Source: an uncultured Candidatus Saccharibacteria bacterium (GTDB lineage: Bacteria > Patescibacteriota > UBA1384 > CAILIB01). Taken from it: 58,179 bases of DNA. Below are positions 52,585 to 58,179 of this stretch, one piece after another. The notes beneath the pieces are model-generated. The model saw only the letters and a list, made by a program, of their open reading frames with translations, was not told the DNA's origin and searched no databases. Positions within the stretch are counted from its first letter, which is position 1. Every line of letters starts with the position of its first letter. The position numbers were made by a program, and so were the translations under genes. The stretch covers positions 223,204-281,382 of the forward strand of contig CAZQKK010000002.1 in the NCBI GenBank assembly GCA_964593885.1, written 5' to 3'.

Positions 52585-53985
52585 CTAGCGTTCCTTAGGA
52601 GTACACCTAATTTCAAGCATTCGCTCCTCAATGCTCACCGGGTACTCACCGGTAAAACAGGAAGTGCAAAGTTGACTTTCGGGTAGGCCTGTCGCCTCAA
52701 TGAGTCCCTCGTAGGAAAGGTAGTGGAGCGAATCCACTCCAAGGTACTCCCTGATCTCTTCACTTGTTTTGGCGAAGGCAATGAGTTGCTCCTGGGCTGG
52801 CGTATCGATGCCATAGAAATCTGGGTAGCGGTACGGTGGCGAGCTTACAATGAAGTGAATCTCAGTGGCGCCCGCATCACGCAGCATCTGGATTACCTGG
52901 GGCGAGGTTGTTCCCCTCACAATTGAATCATCAACCATCACCACGCGCTTGCCGGCTATGGCAGACCTGATAGGGTTGAGCTTCATTCTCACCATCAGCT
53001 CACGAAGGTGCTGTTCAGGCTGAATGAAGGTTCTCCCAATGTAGCGGTTCTTGATGAGCGAAAGTGAGAGTGGAATCCCCGTCGCCTCAGAGAACCCCTG
53101 AGCGGCGGGAATCCCCGAGTCTGGCACTGGCACCACAATATCTGCATTGATGTTGGTTTCAGCCGCCAGCTGCCTCCCCATGTTCTGCCTCACCTCATCA
53201 ACACTCTTCCCCAAGAGGTAGCTGTCTGGACGGGCGAAATAGACAAATTCAAAGACATCAAGTTTCTGGTTGGGCTCAGCTAGCTGGTACGACTTCATAC
53301 CCTTAGTGGTAAGCGCCACCATTTCACCTGGGAGCACCTCGCAGAGGTACGTTGCCTGAACGGTATCAAGGGCACACGTTTCTGAAGCCACAATCAGTCC
53401 ACCGTCTAGTTTTCCAAGACAGAGAGGTCTGATTCCACAGTGGTCTCTCACCGCAACCAAGGTATCGGTGGTGAGCACGAGGAGCGAAAAGGCTCCCGTA
53501 AAGAGCGGGAACGCAAGTTTCACCGCTTTTGTCACCGACTTCCCCTGCACCATGTAGTACCTAATAGCCGCTGCCATGAGCTCGGAGTCACTGAGGTTTT
53601 GTGCCGGTACCCCGTGCTTCTTCAAAAATACCTCCAGCGCCTTTGTTGAAGGTAGGTTTCCGTTGTGTGCCACTGCCACCAGCTTATCCTGGCCGATAAC
53701 CGGCTGGAGGTGCTCGGTATCGCCACCCTTTGAGGTTGAGTAACGGTTGTGACCGATAGCCATCGTGCCTGGAAGCTTCTTCATCACCGCCTCGGTGTAG
53801 ATTTGGTTTACTAATCCAGAGGCGCGATGGGCGTGGAGTTTCTCTCCATCAGAGCTCACTATCCCCGATCCTTCTTGCCCACGATGCTGGAGGGCGTAGA
53901 GCCCGAAGAAGGTAATCCGCGCCGCATCAAAGTCTCTGCCAATAGCTCCAAAGACTGCACACTTCTCGCGGGGCGGTAACTGCAT
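52585..53985 (-). CDS. purF: amidophosphoribosyltransferase
   Basis: 466 aa. N-terminal propeptide then CAVFG (Ntn Cys), HNRYST, and the PRPP loop VVMVDDSIVRGTT. Confidence 0.9.
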   Translation of the reverse strand: MQLPPREKCAVFGAIGRDFDAARITFFGLYALQHRGQEGSGIVSSDGEKLHAHRASGLVNQIYTEAVMKKLPGTMAIGHNRYSTSKGGDTEHLQPVIGQDKLVAVAHNGNLPSTKALEVFLKKHGVPAQNLSDSELMAAAIRYYMVQGKSVTKAVKLAFPLFTGAFSLLVLTTDTLVAVRDHCGIRPLCLGKLDGGLIVASETCALDTVQATYLCEVLPGEMVALTTKGMKSYQLAEPNQKLDVFEFVYFARPDSYLLGKSVDEVRQNMGRQLAAETNINADIVVPVPDSGIPAAQGFSEATGIPLSLSLIKNRYIGRTFIQPEQHLRELMVRMKLNPIRSAIAGKRVVMVDDSIVRGTTSPQVIQMLRDAGATEIHFIVSSPPYRYPDFYGIDTPAQEQLIAFAKTSEEIREYLGVDSLHYLSYEGLIEATGLPESQLCTSCFTGEYPVSIEERMLEIRCTPKER

Positions 53986-54057
53986 ACATCTAGTCTAGCC
54001 AGTCTGGGGAAAGATACCAACTAGTGGGACGTGGGCCAAATAGGAAACTAGCTGTGT

Positions 54058-54188
54058 GCCGTAAAACACCGCAGCAACGTTAGTAGTAAGGAAGATTCGA
54101 GTAATGACTGAAACGTACTAAACGTACGTTGAAGGAATCACGGAGAATCTGACGAAACTAGTAGCGTTGCTGCGGTGTTTTACTCGGC
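54058..54188. repeat. nested long inverted repeat (rod-like hairpin of about 130 nt)
   Basis: 19-bp perfect arms GTAAAACACCGCAGCAACG (54061-54079) and CGTTGCTGCGGTGTTTTAC (54165-54183). Inner AGATTC/GAATCT (54093-54098 and 54145-54150). Innermost AACGTAC-TAAAC-GTACGTT (54112-54130). Confidence 0.8.
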
Positions 54189-55511
54189 GTAGGCGTTGGA
54201 AACAACTTCCATTACAGTAGTCAGTCCCTGCTCAACCTTCTCCATACCATCCTCTACCAATGACCTAAAACCTGAGTTGTTCCTGAGTGATAGGAAAGTC
54301 TCTCGCTCACCCTGCCAGGCGTTAATGATTGGCCTACTAGCATCGTTCATTTCGAGGAGTTCGTAGACACCAATTCGTCCCTGGAAACCGGTACCTGCAC
54401 AGGTCTCGCACCCCTTCCCAACAAACTCTTTCTCAAGGGGTCTTCCCATAATCTGCTGGAAGAGCTTGCTCTCGCTCTCGTTTGGCACCTGCCACTCGCC
54501 ACAGGTAGTGCAGGTTCTCCTCACCAGCCTCTGACAGATAACACCTTTGAGAGCTGCATTGATGAAGAAGTCTTCAACTTGCAGATCACGGAGGCGCGAA
54601 ATAGCTGAGACAGCGCTGTTGGCGTGGAGGGTTGTCATCACGAGGTGACCGGTGAGTGATGCCTCGATAGAAATTTTGGCAGTCTCCTGGTCACGTACCT
54701 CTCCTACAAAGATAATGTCAGGGTTGAGACGAAGGATAACCCTGAGGCCACTTGCAAACGAGAGTCCTCTCTCATTCTCCACCTGCATCTGGTTGATGCC
54801 TTTGAGGACGTACTCTACCGGATCCTCAATAGAGATAATGTTGGTCTTTCCGGTATTGAGGAGGTTGAGTGCGCTGTAGAGGGTTGAGGTTTTTCCTGCT
54901 CCCGTAGGCCCACAGACAATGACGAGGCCAGTTTTTGCCATGATCATCTTCTCAAACCTTACCCTAATGGCATCTCCCATCCCGTGATCCTTGAGCGCGT
55001 AGACGGCGCTAGCACTGTCGTGGAGACGGAGGGCAATCATTTCACCAGCAGCAACTCCTGTAAGGGCCATACGAACGTTAACCGCTCTATCCTTGTACCT
55101 GAAGAGGAACTTTCCTTCTTCGCTTATCTGACGCTGGCCGGTATCAACCGCAGACATAACCTTAATACGCGCCGAAACCGCCGCATACCCTTCAAGGGGA
55201 ATTCTGGCTGCCTCCTGGAGGATTCCATCAAGACGCATCCTCACCAAGGTGTACTCTTCTGTTGGCTCAAAGAGCACGTCTGAGATACCCCTCTCAGCCG
55301 CGTAGTTAAGGAGGAGCTCAACAATTTCTGGAGCAGTTTGAGGTGAGCCGTAGAGGCGCTGGAGCTGCGCAAATACATCAGCGGTAAGGATGGTAGGCGA
55401 AGAAGCCACACCAGGATCTGGCGCGGTTACCGTTTGCCCCTCTTCGTCACGGTGACCAAATAGCATACTCCAAGTATAGAACACTCCACCGAAACCTGCC
55501 ATAACCCCCAT
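54180..55511 (-). CDS. second GspE/PilB-family secretion ATPase (short form)
   Basis: 443 aa. ISDVLFEP, Walker A (GPTGAGKTS), VGEVRD, TLHAN and a CxxC..CxxC tetracysteine motif. No adjacent PilC, PilT or pilin genes. Confidence 0.85.
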   Translation of the reverse strand: MGVMAGFGGVFYTWSMLFGHRDEEGQTVTAPDPGVASSPTILTADVFAQLQRLYGSPQTAPEIVELLLNYAAERGISDVLFEPTEEYTLVRMRLDGILQEAARIPLEGYAAVSARIKVMSAVDTGQRQISEEGKFLFRYKDRAVNVRMALTGVAAGEMIALRLHDSASAVYALKDHGMGDAIRVRFEKMIMAKTGLVIVCGPTGAGKTSTLYSALNLLNTGKTNIISIEDPVEYVLKGINQMQVENERGLSFASGLRVILRLNPDIIFVGEVRDQETAKISIEASLTGHLVMTTLHANSAVSAISRLRDLQVEDFFINAALKGVICQRLVRRTCTTCGEWQVPNESESKLFQQIMGRPLEKEFVGKGCETCAGTGFQGRIGVYELLEMNDASRPIINAWQGERETFLSLRNNSGFRSLVEDGMEKVEQGLTTVMEVVSNAYAE

Positions 55512-55578
55512 TATTGGGGTTGTTTTATGAGGTAGGTAAAAAATGACTCCTGGAAGTTAAAACGTTCAAAGAAGTCAG

Positions 55579-55608
55579 TTGAAAAAAGAGGGCTCTTTTC
55601 TGTATAAT
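55579..55608 (+). promoter_or_regulatory. candidate promoter of the repeat-protein gene
   Basis: TTGAAA, 18 nt, TATAAT. Confidence 0.5.
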
Positions 55609-55647
55609 GCAACCTGTACACACCAGTAACGAGGAGATTACGCTACC

Positions 55648-58179
55648 ATGACGCAGTGTCGTAGGTCACCGTTTATTGCATCAGCCCTCATCCTCTTCGC
55701 AGGGTTGCTCATTAGTACCTTCGTTCCAGCAAAGATTGCCCGGGCTGCCTTCGATCCAAACAACCTCATCAGAGATGACCTCTTTGTTGATAGCAACGCC
55801 ATGGATGAAGCCAGCATTCAGGGCTACCTGGAAGCTTACGGGTCCTGTTTAGCAACGGTAAGTCCCTCGCTCCTAGACTCAGATGTGAGGGCTTCAGCTC
55901 TCATCAACAATGCCTCAAAGCAGTTTGGCATCAGTCCAAAGGTGCTCTTGGTGACCATGCAGAAAGAGCAGTCGCTGATTACTAAGAGCTGCGCCCAGCT
56001 TGACGCTGCCCAGGGTATGCAGTACGCCCTCAACGGAGCCTTAGGGTACAACATGCCAGATACCCTAGGTGTTGGCACCTGTCTCTACACCTTCAAGAGG
56101 CAGCTCTTTGGTGCAAACTGTAACGGCTCTGACTACTGGGGCTCTCCCCGCTCGTTCAGGAACAACTGGGACCTCGGGCGCGGACCAGGTGGGACCACCT
56201 TCCCACAGTCTTTTGTGGTGCAGGAGAAAAGCTGGATACCAGGTGTGAACATCACGGTAAACCCACAGACAAAAGCTACAGGACTCCTCTACCGTTACAC
56301 CCCCTACGCCTACAACGGCAACTACAACTTCTGGAACCTCTACCACAACGTTTTCTTCCCGCCGGTAGCTTACGCTTCGGAGTACGTTTGGCAGTCAGCT
56401 ATGAGCACCCAGGTACTTCAAGGTCAAAGTACAGAAGTTGCTATTAGCATAAAAAACAAGGGATACATTACCTGGAATACCACAGGCACAAACGCGGTAA
56501 AACTTGCTACTAATAACCCCTTGAACCGCACAAGCCTCTTTTCAGCTACGTGGCCTGCCGTCAATCGGGTCCACTCTTGCAATGTTGAGAGAGGTGATAG
56601 TGCACAGTCAGTTAACCCACTTTATGTAAAACCAGGCCAAATCGCTGTTTTCTGCGTCACATTTAGCGCACCCAGCAACATGCTAGGTGGCACGTACAGA
56701 GAAGAGTTTAGTCCTATCCTGGAAGGTATCCCAAATACCATTGAAATTAACGGTATCGGTGTGGATGTCTTAGTTGGCCAAACACATAACGCAGCATGGA
56801 TAGACCAGTCAGCAAACACACCCATTGAGAGCACACAATTTGCTACACGCTGGATAAAGTACCGAAATATCGGTACTAGTACGTGGAGAAAGACAGGAGA
56901 TAACCCTGTACGACTTGCAACAGCACGCACCCTCAACCACTCTAGTAACTTTGTCACAGATAGCTGGGTATCCCCATCCCGCCCAGGTATTGCTGGGAGT
57001 AACGCTTCATTCACCCTTGTAGAAGCTGGTAGTAACCCAAATGTTTCGCAAGATGAGGTAAAACCAGGCCAAATTGCTACATTCCCGTTTGATCTAAAAG
57101 CTCATGCCTGGATAGGACTTGGGACATTCAATGAGTACGTCACCCTGTCACAAGACGGAGCTGGTGGGTATGGTCAGTTTGGTCCAGATGATGCGTACTT
57201 CGTTCACAACATCGTTCCTTACTGGCAGTCAGAGGTATTTGGTTCCATCCAAGACCAGCTCGTTGGAAGCGGTAGCTACATTTCTGTAACCATCAAACTC
57301 AGAAATATTGGAACCACCACGTGGAGTAGTACGGGTAGTAACAAGGTAGTTCTAGCCACCGCACGCCCATCAGGGAGAGGAAGTGACTTTGTCGCAGACT
57401 CATGGATTGCTGCAAACAAGGTACTCAGTTTCTCAAGTACCGAGGCAGGATCAGACCCAGATATCACGGCTGGGCAGGTTAAGCCTGGACAAATTGGGGT
57501 ATTCACCTTCCCAATGAAGGCTCATGCTTGGATGGGACTAGGGACATACCTAGAATACTTCACCCTGCGCCAAGAGGGAGCTGGTGGTGGTGACTTCAAC
57601 ACCAACAACATCCCAGTGAACATTACTATCGCACCTAGATTCTCTGCTGCCTGGCATGCTCAAACGGTGCTTCCACCACTTCCACAGGGGTCAACTGGGA
57701 CGGTCACCATTAAGTACCGAAACACCGGGGGTGATACCTGGTTCAACTCTGGTCAAAACCCTGTGAGACTAGCAACTGCTCGCCCATTCGGAAGATACAG
57801 CCCATTCATCGTTGATGGGGTTTGGAGTTCAGGAAATAGGATAGCCACCTTCTCTAGTACCGAAGCCGGATCCAACCCAGATATCACAGCTGGGCAGGTT
57901 AAGCCTGGGCAAATTGGGGTATTCACCTTCCCAATGAAGGCTCATGCCTGGATGGGACTAGGGACATTCAATGAGTACGTCACCCTGTCACAAGACGGGT
58001 CTGGTGGGTATGGTCAGTTTGGTCCAGATGATGCGTACGTTCAGGTGAGGATAGTTCCCGCACTCTACGCAGCATGGGAATCTCAGAGTGACCACCCAGA
58101 TATTGTTACCGGAGGTGTAAGTAGTGTAACCATCAAACTCAGAAATATTGGAACCACCACGTGGAGTAGTACGGGTAGT
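55648..58179 (+). CDS. large secreted tandem-repeat surface protein, first 844 codons (continues past the right edge)
   Basis: Not in the ORF track (no stop codon). My translation from the ATG at 55648 gives MTQCRRSPFIASALILFAGLL (signal/TM) and an N-terminal domain with SPKVLLVTMQKEQSLIT. At least five modules of about 140 aa follow, each containing ..V.IK.RN.G..TW......VRLATARP....S.F..D.W.. and VKPGQI..F.F..KAHAW.GLG. Confidence 0.8.
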   Translation, partial: MTQCRRSPFIASALILFAGLLISTFVPAKIARAAFDPNNLIRDDLFVDSNAMDEASIQGYLEAYGSCLATVSPSLLDSDVRASALINNASKQFGISPKVLLVTMQKEQSLITKSCAQLDAAQGMQYALNGALGYNMPDTLGVGTCLYTFKRQLFGANCNGSDYWGSPRSFRNNWDLGRGPGGTTFPQSFVVQEKSWIPGVNITVNPQTKATGLLYRYTPYAYNGNYNFWNLYHNVFFPPVAYASEYVWQSAMSTQVLQGQSTEVAISIKNKGYITWNTTGTNAVKLATNNPLNRTSLFSATWPAVNRVHSCNVERGDSAQSVNPLYVKPGQIAVFCVTFSAPSNMLGGTYREEFSPILEGIPNTIEINGIGVDVLVGQTHNAAWIDQSANTPIESTQFATRWIKYRNIGTSTWRKTGDNPVRLATARTLNHSSNFVTDSWVSPSRPGIAGSNASFTLVEAGSNPNVSQDEVKPGQIATFPFDLKAHAWIGLGTFNEYVTLSQDGAGGYGQFGPDDAYFVHNIVPYWQSEVFGSIQDQLVGSGSYISVTIKLRNIGTTTWSSTGSNKVVLATARPSGRGSDFVADSWIAANKVLSFSSTEAGSDPDITAGQVKPGQIGVFTFPMKAHAWMGLGTYLEYFTLRQEGAGGGDFNTNNIPVNITIAPRFSAAWHAQTVLPPLPQGSTGTVTIKYRNTGGDTWFNSGQNPVRLATARPFGRYSPFIVDGVWSSGNRIATFSSTEAGSNPDITAGQVKPGQIGVFTFPMKAHAWMGLGTFNEYVTLSQDGSGGYGQFGPDDAYVQVRIVPALYAAWESQSDHPDIVTGGVSSVTIKLRNIGTTTWSSTGS
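56383..58179 (+). repeat. intragenic tandem repeats with a period of about 420 bp
   Basis: 57436-57547 versus 57856-57967 (offset 420). 57121-57198 versus 57961-58038 and 57286-57339 versus 58126-58179 (offset 840, the last pair identical). Confidence 0.85.

Noticed and set aside
1-58179. CRISPR arrays, IS elements/transposases, integrases, prophage genes, rRNA and known defence systems
   Set aside because: I looked for short regularly spaced direct repeats, terminal inverted repeats flanking ORFs, and DDE, tyrosine-recombinase, reverse-transcriptase or restriction-modification motifs in all long ORFs. I found none. The only repeats are those reported above.

Overview
The window is a compact, mostly minus-strand bacterial chromosome segment. 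It has no rRNA, CRISPR array, transposase or integrase that I can recognise.

The gene content resembles a reduced, monoderm, Patescibacteria/CPR-type (Saccharibacteria-like) genome. This taxonomic placement is inference only. It rests on short forms of Mfd and DprA, a type IV pilus machine without a secretin, few biosynthetic genes and many secreted Thr/Pro-rich proteins.

**Core genes**
- cysS (partial), recR, topA, dprA, mfd
- rplK, nusG, secE, rplU
- a SEDS (RodA/FtsW) protein, ileS, rnhA, rsmH
- rpmG, four tRNAs, rdgB, purF, a GH13 amylase
- several ABC transporters

**Type IV pilus loci**
- Prepilin peptidase plus three pseudopilins and a PilX-like protein (14.8-18.6 kb).
- PilN/O-like proteins, PilB, PilT, PilC and two pilins (21.1-28.8 kb).
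- A second, orphan GspE/PilB-like ATPase at 54.2-55.5 kb, next to a large tandem-repeat surface protein.

**Regions most worth a second look**
1. An orphan-gene cassette just 3' of tRNA-Trp (30.5-33.8 kb), which looks more AT-rich by eye. It contains three unplaceable ORFs. One sits behind a perfect consensus promoter and a multi-hairpin leader that occludes the ribosome-binding site.
2. A structured non-coding region of about 300 nt between rsmH and rnhA. I could not assign it to tmRNA, RNase P or SRP RNA.
3. An FMN-binding protein, ApbE and an RnfD-like/FNR fusion protein, forming a flavin module (42.6-45.6 kb).
4. A cluster of TTGTATCG palindromes between the pilus operon and the tRNA genes.
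5. Near-identical intragenic repeats with a 420-bp period in the terminal surface-protein gene.

I found no confident match to any described defence or mobile system. All function calls come from motifs I read in the translations, not from database searches.
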